Below are positions 1 through 12,837 of a DNA stretch of 64,000 nucleotides, in pieces. This DNA comes from Parasitella parasitica NRRL 2501. Taxonomy: Eukaryota > Fungi > Mucoromycota. The stretch is from the NCBI GenBank assembly GCA_025201805.1, contig MU619237.1, positions 1 to 64,000 on the forward strand, in the 5' to 3' direction. The notes beneath the pieces are model-generated. The model was not told where the DNA came from and searched no databases. It saw nothing but the letters and a program-made list of their open reading frames with translations. A program made the translations under genes and the position numbers. How positions within the stretch are numbered: position 1 is the first letter of the stretch; each line of letters begins with the position of its first letter.

Positions 1-560
1 CTTCCAAGTATACACTGGTCATAAATCTGTCTTGCCTTGGTTATCTTTTCCAGACAAGTTCAAATTTCGTGTATCTTCTGTGCCTGTCCTTAAACATCTT
101 AGCAATCTCCTGATAAAACTACCCAAGCTAGTTCCTTCCTCTGGTTGGTCTGCTAGGTGGTTTCTTGATTTTCCACTGTGTTATGTTGTACTCAGTACTG
201 TGTCATCAGTTCCTTCGATGGTTGATCCTGCTACATTGGATCCTCGCTACTTGGTGTCTGACATTTGCTTTCTTTGGCAGCCTGATCTTGGTATTGTCGA
301 GGGTGTTATTCGTCATCTGGCGTGGCCTACAAAAGTCCTTCGTGTATATTTGGATATCAACAAAAATCTTGGTCCTGTCTCTCTGGTTTTCCCGGCTGTC
401 ATGGATAGTAAGATAGTCTTGTGTCATGCAGACTATCACACTGTGCCCCGTTCTGATGGTGCTTCTTTTTGGATGCCAGATTGCTCACACTGGACTATTT
501 TTAATTTGTCTATCTGGCAAGCTCTCACTATTTTCTGTTCTCAATGCAATAAAATTGGGA
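1..560 (-). pseudogene. Possible highly degenerate LTR-retrotransposon pol (RNase H region) fragment
   Basis: Broken minus-strand frames give fragments such as QIYT, EYNIT and HSGKSRNHLAD, resembling the end of retroelement RNase H. Many stops; sits in a repeat-rich block. Confidence 0.22.
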
Positions 561-1048
561 TCAATTTTATGTGAAAATAAAAAAAGGTAAAAAAATAAAG
601 CCAGAGAAATACAATTATAGTCTTTCCACCTTTATTTTCGATTAAAAGAAAACTGAAGAAAAGATACATGCTCCTTAAGAGAGCTTGTATCTATTCTACT
701 TGTAAAATTGTCTCACTATAGTGAGAATGCTTATTTTACAGCTTATTTGAAGAATGACTTTTGTTGACATTTTCTCACTTGTATTGTAGTTGAGATTTCG
801 ATATGTTATTATTGAAATTGATACTATGGTTTTGGGCAAGATTGTAATATTGAGGATCCTGATTATTTCTTCTAATGAGACTGAGCTTTCCTTATTGTGT
901 AATAAACAGGCCATTTCTGGCATATAGAATTACAGTATTGCAACTGTTTTAACAATTGCAATGTTTATACATGTTTGGAATTTTTTTACTTGTGATTATG
1001 AGCAGCGTTCTTCAATATTAACCTGTGCCAGGGTTGTAAGAGATTGTA

Positions 1049-2005
1049 CCGTGGGAAAAGGTAAGTCACCTTTTTTACTTTTTGGTGTCAGAAATTAAAT
1101 TCAAGTTTTGAAATGTTTTTTGATTGAAAAAACTTATTAGTGAAATATCAATATAATCGTATAAGATTCGAAGTATACAAAGCTTAACATGTTTATTTTA
1201 GTAATGTAGCAAAAAAAATTTAAAATTAATATCTGGTATTGCCACCATTAGCCTCAATAACAGCCTTGCATCGAGAGCTCATACTGCCGACTAAAGTCTC
1301 TAAAAATGATGGAGGTATAGCATATCATTCGTTGCGAATACAAGTCTCCAACTGATCCACATTCTTCAGTTGGTATCTACAACTCTCTATTCGCTTTTTA
1401 AGGTAAGCCCAGACATGTTCAATGGGGTTAAGGTCTGGACTTTGAGGTGGCCAGAAGTTAAACCCTTAGTTCTGATGTCTCTGCTTATACCAGGTTGCAT
1501 ACTTCCCAGTATGGCAAGAGGCACCGTCTTCTTGGAATATAAATTTCTTGGAATGTTCAACACTCAAGTCCTGCAACCATGGGAGGAAGTGGTTGGACAA
1601 ACAGTTGACATAAGCGTCTTGATTGATACTCCCTTTCATGGTTACAATAGGACCCAAACCCCCAGCCCAGAAACAACCCCAAATCATCACTGAACCATTC
1701 CCAAACTTCACAGTCTTTTGAAGATGGTTTGGAGAGAACCTTTCGCCTTCTTTTCGAATCACTCGGACCCTTTCATCGCTGCCATTAACGTTGAATTTAG
1801 ATTCATCGGACCAAATGACATTCTGCCATTGTCCAGCTGTCCAATTAACCTTTTCTTTGGCCCAAGCAAGTCTTTTTTCGATTTGCTTGGGTTTCAGCAT
1901 TGGTACAGATGCTGGGGAATATGAACCAAAGCCATGTCTGTCAGCATATATCGATAGCGTTTGAGGATGTATATCACTTCCAGCTGCTTTCAATCTTGCT
2001 GTCAT
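1049..2005 (-). mobile_element. 5'-truncated Tc1/mariner element; transposase pseudogene about 2005..1226
   Basis: Motifs VIWSDESKF, VMIWGCF, FQEDGASCH, then after a frameshift WPPQSPDLNPIEHVW...NGGNTRY* (stop 1226-1228), with one internal stop. Probable terminus TA|CCGTGGGAAAAGGTAAGTCACC at 1049. N-terminus missing. Confidence 0.88.
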
Positions 2006-2462
2006 GAACCTGTCGAGCCTTGAAGCCCAAACAATTATACATCTTGATCTAAAAATATATATCACCTCGTTCTTCCCTAATCGATCCACATTGCATTCTT
2101 GCCTCTCTAATTCACACTGTCATTCTTGCCTTACTCATCCACATTATACTATTGACTTATTGGTCCACGATATCCTATTTACCTAATTGATTCACGTTAT
2201 AGTAAATAGTCTAGTTCACATTTCAGTAAACTAGACAGCTCGCAAAAAAGTATAAATAGAGGCCATTTTGACCAGCAAAGAAGAGTTTTCTTCGTCAGAT
2301 CTCCTCATCGAATTCCCTTATTAAATATCCCTAGCAATCTTCTTATCTTTCTCCACCTTTCCCTTATTAAATCATAGCCTCCTTATTTGAAACAAACTTC
2401 TGCATATCTTCTCTTAGTACTCTGTCCCTGATTATCTAGTAAGGCCGTAGATCCCTGATACA
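2000..2462 (+). mobile_element. Solo-LTR-like remnant truncating the Tc1 transposase
   Basis: Begins TGTC, ends TGATACA, has an internal AGTATAAATAG TATA motif (~2250) and is followed by PBS-like TGGTAT. No TSD found. Confidence 0.4.
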
Positions 2463-2507
2463 TGGTATTTATATCATCAATTATTTACTACAAGTGAGAT
2501 AGTAGCT

Positions 2508-3456
2508 GTAATAACCAATACATTAATCTGATAGTATGTTGTCACTATTGATGAACGAATAGAAAATACACCGTGTTATCATTGTCAATTGGTTTGATAT
2601 GTTTCATTGTTGAGATTGATCCAAGAATATGAGCTGATGTAACATATCAAATAGTTTGTTTGCACCTTGAGATTTGAGCAAGTCCGCATATCTTGTTGAT
2701 GTCATGGCAGCCGAGACATTGCAATATCCAGTGACGGTTGATGAGATGTTATACTGATTCGTATCTGATACAATCATCTAGTATATTCGCAGTAAAGCAG
2801 CAAGCTTAATACTTGTAGGAATTGATATAGTGAAGATGTAGCAGTGCGTATACATCAAGAGGTTTGTTGTTGTCATGAACCATATTCAAGTATCTCAAGT
2901 ATCTCTCAAGTATCTCAAGTAACTTACGTCATCAAGTCTAGAACATCTGTAGTTTAGATTTACTGATTTGCCATAATTATAGACAGGAGATCAGGGCAAT
3001 GTACTTCGATTGAAGATTGAAGATTGTCTAATGATGTGATATGATACGCTTGTGTAAATTGGAGAATAAAGTCTCTGTTTCAAATCAAGAAGGTTATTTC
3101 TGTAAGCAACACAGATCTGAGCACCAGGATAAGGTTAAGGCACTGTCAGATCTAAGACGTGTAGCCCTTGCTGTATAACCTCATATCGTACCCTGTCAAG
3201 TAAATTGTCACTGTGAATTAGTCTTGTTAATTAGTAATCTAAATAAGTCACCATAAATTTATGTAGTTGTAAAAAGTATAAATAGCAGATGCAATTTCGA
3301 TCTTAAATAAAGTATCTTTAAGTTTTCGTATCTCGTTAACATTTGGTTTTTATTAGCTTTTTTGATCCAACAATGTCAATAAAAGTCTTCAGTTTTGTTT
3401 CTGGTTTTATTCAAAAAAGTCTTTATTACTTTTTATACAAATCATATTTACACAAC
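2508..3456 (+). mobile_element. Possible LTR-like remnant(s)
   Basis: TGTAA...ACA bounded, non-coding, internal AGTATAAATAG (~3275) and AATAAA, short tandem TCAAGTATC repeats (2887-2920). Boundaries uncertain. Confidence 0.25.
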
Positions 3457-3640
3457 ATTCCGCTGCGCCCTTCGACACCGGCACAACACATTAGTTTAAA
3501 TCATCATTCAATTTTGGAATAGCAAAATAAATATATTCAGTTCTAATTGTATTTTTCGGTGTATATCTCGTTGTTCTAAACAGTCATGATCTATATTTTA
3601 TGACTATGATATACAATATCGAATGGTTGTGCTATCATTC

Positions 3641-3690
3641 CTAATGGTTTTGAATCATATCTAACGGTTTTGACCATATCTAATGGTTCA
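3641..3690. repeat. Short tandem repeat (~19-20 bp unit, CTAAYGGTTTTGA..CATAT, about 2.5 copies)
   Basis: Directly visible: ctaatggttttgaatcatat ctaacggttttgaccatat ctaatggtt. Confidence 0.7.
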
Positions 3691-4798
3691 ATCTTTCTGA
3701 TTCCATTACTCTTATTTTTTTTCTCTTCTCTATCTTTTTATCACACATATAAACACACATACATTTCATAGTGGAAATCACCCTTTAGTATCTCTAATGT
3801 CTAACAATATGCAAAATCCGGTGCCATGAATCTCCCGAAAAAGGTTAATAGTGTTATATCAATAACATGGCAAGGTCTCACATCAGGATCTCAGATCAGT
3901 CCCAGGGTCTTACAGTAAATCATGGGTAGTCATGATTTACATTATGCAGCTAGACAGTAGAACCCTAGTGTAATGAATGTGTATAAAATACATCGAGAGA
4001 TGTATTATGAATAAAGGTGTAATTCTTTGGCAGATTTATTTTATCAGACTTTTGACATAACAAATAGAAATTAGTTTCAAGTTTCAAGTGCTGCGCAAGG
4101 GGCATCAAGAGCGTCCAAATCAAGAATGAATATACTTCTTGATGATTGTTATACGCAGAGGATATATAAATATAATCTGCTCAAAAAAATGTATAACTTT
4201 TTAAAAATAAAATCTGACACAAAAACGAATGACGTTATTGATAAGAAAATGCTATCTTTTTATACTAAATTATTGTATCTATTGTAACACTATTTGTCAT
4301 CTTGGTTAAACATTGAACTTGGTCTTACATACCAAGTTTATTACATATTCTATTGAACATTAATAGCTTATTCCTTATCATTGTATACAAAGAATTACCA
4401 ATCTAATAATTGCTTAATCTCATGCTTTTCTGGCACAACAATGATGAACTTTTCAATTTTAAAGAATGCGCAGGTATGAAGCCAATAGTAGCATCAGCAA
4501 AAGGGGTTTCTATGATCTAAATGAATACGGTTTCCTAAATGAGTCTTTGGCTAATAGGGCTGCCTACATTGTAACTGCAAAGCTTCGATGTTTTTTTTTG
4601 AGCGGTCTGCTTCATGCAATTTAAGACTGTAGCGTACATTTATTTTTTTTCAATAAACTAAGATTTATCAGAATGGAGAAATTACTCAAATAAAACAGTT
4701 GTGAATTAATCAGGTAAAGATCTCATTTATTACATGAAAGAAATGATGGTTTATATACTAATGAATCTAAGTGGACTGATGGGAGGATAAGATATAAG

Positions 4799-5286
4799 TG
4801 TGAGACATGGTGTGATTTAGAGAGTGCAATGATAGATTGTATCTATTGTCCATGAACATGTCATGTTGAGTTATAAAGAAGGAACATGATCTATTGGGAT
4901 ATGTTCCTGAATTGGTTCAGGATTGAGATTACTTGATTTTGACTTCCGGTTGGAAAATTGACACATAAAACTATTATCACATTCATGGTTGATGTGATAT
5001 ATGTCGACTGACGAAGTCAGCATGCATTAACAGTTGCCAGATATATTCCATGTCCGTAAACTATTTTGTCTTCATGCTCGAGATTATATGTATTATCAAA
5101 TCCGTATCAATATCAAATAGTATAAATACCTCATCATTTCATATCAATAAAGAATTATCCATTTTATTTATCAATCTATTTATAGCAACCTTTCAAATAT
5201 TACAGTTGAAAAAATAATTTCAGTGAGTCAAACCATTTATATGAAGGTTTTTACTCATAATTTTATTGATCAAATCCCTTATTACA
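4799..5286 (+). mobile_element. Solo-LTR-like remnant
   Basis: TGTGA...TTACA ends, internal AGTATAAATAC (~5120) and AATAAA, purine-rich tract just upstream. No TSD. Confidence 0.3.
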
Positions 5287-6699
5287 AAAAACAGTTGCCT
5301 GATTTTATGGTTTTTGATACTTATTTCAATTTCAAGCGAAAATAATATAGTAGGCAAATTCGCATTTAAATAAATAATATCCTTATTACTACAATGGTTT
5401 TTTTCACTGCGGTTCGGGAGAGTGAAGACAGCTCGTAAAAGATAAAATATGAACGAACTTTTAAGGAAGCAGGTTTTGACTGACGCCCTTTATCAAGCCG
5501 AACCATTACTGGCAAGTTAGTCGAACGGAAATTCAAGCGGTATATAGCAATGCTTAACCATTATCTTATTATATTTTTCGGCAAGAGGCATGGTGGAATT
5601 CAGATGTTCGATCCGCTGTTACAATTCTTTGATAGAAAGGGCTTGTCGTCCATTGTTACTCATATTGTTTAATTCGGACTGATATTAACTCGACACGCAA
5701 ACATCAAATTGCCTCGGAAGTTTGAAAATGAAGCTTGTATAAAAAATACCTTGATTGCACCAAGCTCTCGTTGAAAACACTGAAATAGTTCAATAGGCCA
5801 TTTTCTAGAACTAATGCTCATGTTCTATTGTGATGAACTCGCATCACGAACCACGGAAGAATTGCTATTGCCCATGTTCACTATTTTGTTGTCTGACATC
5901 AATACAGCTTTAGGCTTTACTCAGTTACACATCTACTTATGCATGCATGAAAAGACAACAGAAAGCCTGAGTTTTCCATGGTAGAATTATTCGAACTTGA
6001 AAGCTGAGCCATTCAAGATGTAATAGTCCGAGTGCATAAACAAATATGCACTGGATACACTAAATCAAAGTGCTTGTTCAAGGCTTATCTAAATACTGTA
6101 AAGTGTATCTACTTAGCAAGTATTTCCAAGATAATTTACCATATACTTATTAAGCTTGTATTTTAGTACAATTATATAGTTAAGCTTATGAATATCAAAA
6201 ATGAATAAATATCTTAATATCTTGATCAATAAATTAGAGTCTCAGTTTTCAGTCATCATACAAAGGTAGATCTTGAATGCCGAGCCATATAACAACGTGA
6301 GTCGAACGCTTTGGTTTTCTCTTTCACTACGAAGAATAAGATCAAATCATTTTTACAAAGTACCGGATTTTGAGCAAAAAAAAAATTGCAATTAGCCAAA
6401 CCTGTATCTGAATTTACCAAAAACGTTTATTGGATTTGGCATAAAACATTAGATCAAAATGGCAAATGTGCACTACATGAGAATAATTGACAATGACATG
6501 ACGACATATTGTAAGTATGGTACGGTAGGTAGGTACGGTACCGGTAACATGAAACGTTAATTAGGATGGCAATCATTGCATCATTTGTACCGTATACATT
6601 ACATGGCTTACATTCTGCTTAATTATAATCTTTCTATTCTCTTTTACATACCGTATTATTTCACATTTCACATTTCTCACTTTTCCATCACACTTGATC

Positions 6700-8303
6700 T
6701 AAAAAAAAAAGCCTCGTACTTCATCAACCAAAGACAGAAGAGCCGAAAAAAAATCGTACAAAGATATTCCATCCGTCATTAGACAACTTGTCATCGAGCA
6801 AGTTGCAGAAAATGGAACAATTACTGCTTCAGAGGCTGCGCGACGATACCAATTGTCCACCTCATCTGTCAGAAATATCCTAGATGTTTGGTACATGGAG
6901 GGCCGTGTGGAGAAGAAGCCAAGAGGAGGAAGAAAAAAGGAGACAACAAAGTTTGAGCATGAGCATGGAGAGTATATCAAAAAGCTCTTGGACGAGGACT
7001 GCACACAGACTCTTGATATACTCAAGGAAGCATCGGAACAGAAGTCCCCAGATCTTGCTAGCAAAGGAATATCTACAAGTGGCGTGTGGCATTACCTTGT
7101 CAATGGCCTTGGATTTACGCTAAAGCGTATAAAGCCAGTGGAGGAGCGACGACACACCGAGGCAACGATCCAGCAAAGATACCGTACGATTATGTTGTCC
7201 AAAGATTATCTAAAAGAGGTATCGCCTACAAGACCAATTGTATCTTTGTGGACAAAGCTGGATTCAATGCTAATCTTGTACGTGGACAAGGCTACTCCAA
7301 GAAAGGCTCTTCAAGCGTAGTTGTAAATGCCACGAAGCGAGCTGTAAACATGTCAATTCTTGCAGGCATCTCCTACCAGATCAACACGTAACAAAACAAC
7401 AGAACAGGAACCCGAAACAGAACATCTGGCGAGTAGTGTTCTTTCTGCCGAAGATTACAACAGATACAGAGAACAGAAGAACCTTGAAACCAACGATATC
7501 ATAATGGAGATGAATGCATCCATTCAGGCTTTAAATTACAAAGTTAGCTCTTTAAGTCATGAAAATATGATGATGAACAGGAAATTGGATACAATCATTG
7601 GTATGATAGGTTCGGAGAGAAATATACAAAGGCTATCTTTTACTGGTACTGGATATAGTCAAGAGAGTGCTGGCCCATCTTCCTCCACCTCTAACTATGC
7701 TGTGTCACATGACGACAACGCTTCAGAGATGTCCTTTGTCTCTACAGGTCCCTTGTCCTCTTCGTCTGCCATTGGATCTAAAGACAAAAAGATCAGATCA
7801 AGAAGGGATTTCTTCGCAATGATAATTCTCAGTATTATTCATGAAATTCAGAACAGGATTCAGTCGTTTAACGGGACGGCATTGAAGATGTCTCAGTTAA
7901 AGTTGTCAAAGGAGGCACGACAGGGGAGATCTTTAAGGATTTTGTGAGTGGGATTATGAAGAAGCTGTATGATACCAATGCTGGTTCCCACTTTTTTGTG
8001 ATGGATAATGCTTCCATTCACAAATCGCCTGTGATAAAAGAGCTTTTCAAGAACTCAAATCATCACATGTGCCAGTTGCCTCCTTATTCGCCTTTCCTCA
8101 ATCCTATTGAGGAGTGTTTCTCCAAGCTGAAAACTTTGGTCAAAAGAAAATCAGGTTTGAGAGGCTCAAATGAATTGATTGAGCACATCAAACAGAGTAC
8201 TCATGAGATTTCTGAGCAAAATTGCAAAAAATGGATTGATCACAGTATTCAGTTCTTCGCAGATTGCGCAGAAAAAAAAAGAGGTTTATTAGTTTGCCAA
8301 TAA
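6700..8303 (+). pseudogene. DD34E transposase pseudogene (frameshift ~7190, insertion 7380-7877)
   Basis: HTH segment ASEAARRYQLSTSSVRNIL, CIFVDKAGFN, FVMDNASIH, LPPYSPFLNPIEE with 34 aa between D and E. Confidence 0.9.
7380..7877 (+). other. 498-bp foreign coding-like insertion within the transposase
   Basis: Removing it rejoins ...AGISYQ|GIEDVSVKVVKGG... in frame. The insert is open in a different frame (coiled-coil-like plus Ser-rich). Confidence 0.75.
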
Positions 8304-9542
8304 AGATACATATCAAATCATACCGTTAGTACGTATATAATGCCTTAGGTAATTTTTTTGCCATTTTGATCAAATGTTTTTGCCAAATTCGACAAACGTT
8401 TTTGGCAAATTCAGATACAGGTTTAACTAATTGCAAATTTTTTTTGCTCATTTGTATTCAAAATCCGGTACTGTAGTTGGTATTTTTCAATATTGACATT
8501 TGCATAGGTCTCGTCTTGGTCTTGTTCTGGGCTAAGGAATCTGTGTTAAGGAGGGTCATCACCTTCATTATCTGCACTCCCGTTCAAAGTTAGATATTTA
8601 TCCACTGCCACTTAGCAAAGTCAATAACACCTACTGTTTAGGGATCTCTTTGAAAACGATACAACAGATGACGCAAAACGTATGAAAAAAGTAGCTAACC
8701 ACTGTTTTCAAAAGCTTCGTTTATCGAAACTTGAATGAACTTTGGCGACAAAAAATGGCTTGGATCTGCTACTAGTTTTGACATTTGCCATTTCCATCCA
8801 TCGCTGAATATATCGTGGTATTGTATCGAGTTTGAGATTTGGGGTTCTCTGCTCATTATTATTTAGCATTGTTTAATTGTGAACCCTCAACGATTATCAA
8901 GTGATTTTCGCATGTAAGAATGGACATAAATAGAAAGGGCTGATACGGTGCTACTCTATTAAATGGTATACTGACAAAATGTAAAGAGGGCATACATTCT
9001 GATTTTTAACAGCTCGTAACACTTGACTGTTGCACACGAGCCAAACTCCTCTTTTACTCATACTGTCATGATTTAAAAATTGTCAAATGATGTATTATTA
9101 AATGTACATTTCATGTTTCGCCGAATCTTGACTGCTTTCATAAATGCAACATTCATGCTTCTATTTCAAATTGACGCTAGCGTGAGATAGGAACATATTA
9201 CACGGCAAAAAAGGCCCTTCTTTTCTGGAAACAATTCATTGATATTAATTTTTGTAAGAATAAAACATGTTGAAAGAGTTTAAGATGAAAGAATTATGTG
9301 TTATTACTCCGTTTTCCATTACAAATGAACATATGCTTTAAAATTTTTCATGCCAGCGGGTAAAGTTTCCTAAAATATAACGGCAAGCATTTAATTGGAC
9401 AAATATGCTCAGACATAACTCAAAACGCGGCTTGAGGTCGTACATGGATACGAAAAATTTTGCCTAAAAAATATAAATACATCGATCTGCATGACACAAT
9501 GTACTCTTCTTTTTTTCAATATTATTTACACTGTTATTTGTC

Positions 9543-11911
9543 ATGGAGCACATCAAAGGTCTTTTCCTCGGAAACCAAAGCAATCCCACCATCGAGGTCA
9601 ATGCAAAGGAGCACATTTTTCGTAGTCGTCATGCTGAACATGGTTTTGTAAGCACTCCTCTTATGCCTGAACTGAAAAAGGAGGAGTGTACAATCTCGCG
9701 TGTCTGGAAGGATACTGTCAAGGCTAACGGCAGCAAGTCTGTATTTGGTTATCGTTCTCTCATCAAAGTAAGTATGCTATGTGTTCAAATCTACCATTCG
9801 CTGAGACACACCAAAATTAGATTCACACCAAAGAAACCAAGTCTTCAGAGAACGGCAAAACCAAAAAATGGTCTTATTTCGAATTGGGTGATTACAAATG
9901 GATGACCTATCGTGAAGCAGACGAAAAGGTCAAAAAAGTAGCCTCTATTCTTCAAAGGCATGGTTTAAAGCATGGCGATATTGTCATTTTGTTCTGTAAA
10001 ACAAGGTAAATTCAGCAACATGTCATGGTATGCAAATAATTAAAGTTGAGGTCTACAAACAGGGCTGAATGGATGATTACTGCATTAGGTAAGCTATTTG
10101 TCTTGAGGGTGAAAATTGTTGGTAATGATATCATTTTTTTATCATCTAGCTTGTTTTTCAATGGGTTTGGTCATTACCACCGCGTACGATTCAATGCCAG
10201 CAGAGTCTGTGAACCACATCGTCAAGGAAACTGAAGCAAAGGCCATTTTTACAGAGGTAAAGCCCATCATACGGCTAAAAATTAGTTAATGATAATAATT
10301 CTGGGTAAAATAGACATCTCTCTTTGGGACTTTAAATAAGGCCTACACTAAGCTGGACAAGGGGAGTCAGCCAAAGTTTGTCTTCTATGCTGGAAAGGAA
10401 TTTGAAGCACCGGAAGAAGTCAAGAAGTTTAATGATGGAAAGGCGGATGATGTTAAGATCATGCCCTTCGATGAAATAGTTGAGAACGAGATCGACGCAG
10501 AGCATGTTGAACCTGTCGTCAAACCTAAACCAGATGATCTTGCTTTGGTCATGTATACTTCTGGATCTACAGGTCCACCAAAGGGAGTCGAATTGACCAA
10601 CGCCAACATTATCGCTGCCACGGGTGCTGCAGAGTATCTTGTTATTGAGTTGATTAAAAATGAAAATCACAGATATATTGGTTTCCTACCCCTTGCCCAT
10701 GTTCTCGAATTCTTGGTTGAATTTATCATGATTTCAATGGGCGTACCCATCGGATATGGTAGCATCCGTACATTGATGAACGATTTTGTGTGCGGTGCTG
10801 ATGGTGAAGGTAAAGGCGAAGGCGACTTGAAAGCTTTAAAGCCCACTATCATGGCTGGGGTACCAGCTGTTTGGGAAAAGATCAAGAAGGGTGTTGAAAC
10901 TAAACTAGATAAACAGCATTGGGCTGTCAAAAAGATATTTAATGGTAAATGTATAGTATGTCTTAGTAAAGAGCAATCCATCTAACTTGGTGCATTATAG
11001 CTGCTATTGAAATGAAGTGGCAAATGTTGCAGTTCTTTGGTAAATCGAACACTCTAACTGATGCTTATGATTCTGCCATCTTTGGTGCTATTCGCGAAGT
11101 TACAGGTGGTTGTTTGAAGTATGGCATCTCTGGTGGTGCTCCAGTTTCTTTTGAAACACAAAAGTTTATCACCTCAAGCTTGTGCTTTATGCTCCAAGGT
11201 TATGGGTAGGTTTGCTCTCTCAATTGATGCCAGAGCTAAACTAATTTTTGTGCTGTTCCTTTTAGGCTTAGTGAATGTTGTGGTTTGGCTGCAGTAACTC
11301 TTCCCAGTTTCGGTATGATCACTGGTGTTATCGGTCCCCCATCTCCTTCTATTGAATTCCGGTTTGTTGATGTTCCTGATACTGATTATAAGGCTGAGGA
11401 CAACGTTGGCGAACTCTGGCTCCGTGGTCCTTCTCTCATGAGAGGCTACTTTAAGAGACCTGATCTTACCAAGGAAGCTATCACGTCAGATGGTTGGTTC
11501 AAGACTGGTGACATTGCTCGACTGAATAAGGACGGTACTTTTGCCATTACTGATCGTGCCAAGAACCTGGTCAAGTTAGCTCACGGTGAATATATTGCAC
11601 TGGAAAATCTGGAATCCAAATATCGCAACTGCAACAACATCAAGAACATTTGTCTCATCGCTGACAGTGATAAGTCATACATCATTGCTGTTGTGGAACC
11701 TGCTGACGATGATGTTGATAAGGAAAAGCTTTTAAAGGAATTGCAACAAACTGCTTCTTCCAGTGGGTGTAGCCGCGTTGAAATCATCAAGGATATTGTT
11801 GTTACTCGTCATGTTGATTGGCAAAAGGAGTATTTAACGACCAGTGGAAAAATTAAACGCAGAGATATTGTCAAAGGGAACAAGGAAAAGATCGATGAGG
11901 TTTATAAGTAA
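9543..11911 (+). CDS. Long-chain fatty acyl-CoA synthetase (Faa1/Lcf1-like), multi-exon
   Basis: AMP-binding motif MYTSGSTGPPKGV, FLPLAH, QGYG|LSE, GWFKTGDI, DRAKNLVKLAHGEYIALE. GT-AG introns. Confidence 0.95.
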
Positions 11912-12701
11912 ATTAATACACAATTATAGGCGGATTTATTTTCCTCGCTCTGAGTATATGCTGTGGATACGTATTTATACCCTATCTTTTCCTCAATAAA
12001 CTGTATTTTAAGTGAATTTATATATTGCCGTTGAAAATGCAGAGCAAGCATTTGTTCAATTTATTCCTTAATGATTGCAACCTCGATGACCACTGTTTGT
12101 TGTACTAATCGATTTACTGAATTTTTCTATTTTTTTATTTTATTTTTTGAGTTGTTTTTGACATTTGGGGTGGAGGCTTGTTTAACTAAATGTTGAAGCT
12201 CATTTGGTCATCTGCTTAAAAAATAATTACAGTACTGGATCAAACAAGTCTCACACAAATGTCGTTGTAAGGATGTGAACAAAATATATTTTATCCAGAT
12301 ATAATATTCAGATAGTATTAGGTCTATGATATACCTGGTATAACTAGCAAAACTCCGAAATCATTCATGTGCATATCAATCAACAATGACAATCGTTAGA
12401 AATTTTTGGCTCATCAAAGCAAAAATTTTCTTAAACATTGGAGTAAACGTGTTTCTATTGACCTTTGATCTTAAAGTTACCAAATAAACTTGATCAATGT
12501 ATTTCTTATTTTACTATTTTGCAGTATATCTTCTTATTATTATCATGTTTTCATTTCCTCATTGACTTAACAAGCTGTCATAAACAAAACTGAAAATTTC
12601 GTGGAATGTCGAGAAACAACAGTTGTGTATCTTGGTGGTTACAAGTGACTCTGCAGCCAGAAATTTTTGCTGCTTATTGGCTAAAAAACACGAAACATTT
12701 G

Positions 12702-12712
12702 ACCTTTAGGGT
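12702..12712 (-). promoter_or_regulatory. Zap1-type zinc-responsive element (ACCCTAAAGGT)
   Basis: Exact match to the yeast ZRE consensus ACCYYNAAGGT, 126 nt upstream of the ZIP transporter ATG and just upstream of TATAAATA (~12773). Confidence 0.6.
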
Positions 12713-12837
12713 ACATGTTGGGTGCCGATGAGGTACCCTTCTTTGATTTCCTGTCATAAATCAAAAAACCAATATAAATATGATGTGTTTAAAACATTAG
12801 TAGCAGCAAGTTATTTTTTCTTTTATAAATTCTCACA

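Larger units (their letters stand above)
6356..8473 (+). mobile_element. Decayed IS630/Tc1-type DNA transposon with ~110-bp imperfect TIRs and TA flanks
   Basis: Left 6356-6466 (..GTACCGGATTTTGAGC..CCTGTATCTGAATTT..GATCAAAATGGCAAA) is the reverse complement of 8357-8473. TA at 6354-55 and 8474-75. Confidence 0.92.

Noticed and set aside
32-574. 180-aa plus-strand ORF
   Set aside because: Non-ATG start, no recognisable motifs; probably the antisense shadow of a decayed repeat.
2887-3690. Short direct repeats considered as CRISPR-like
   Set aside because: Tandem without unique spacers, eukaryotic context, no cas genes.
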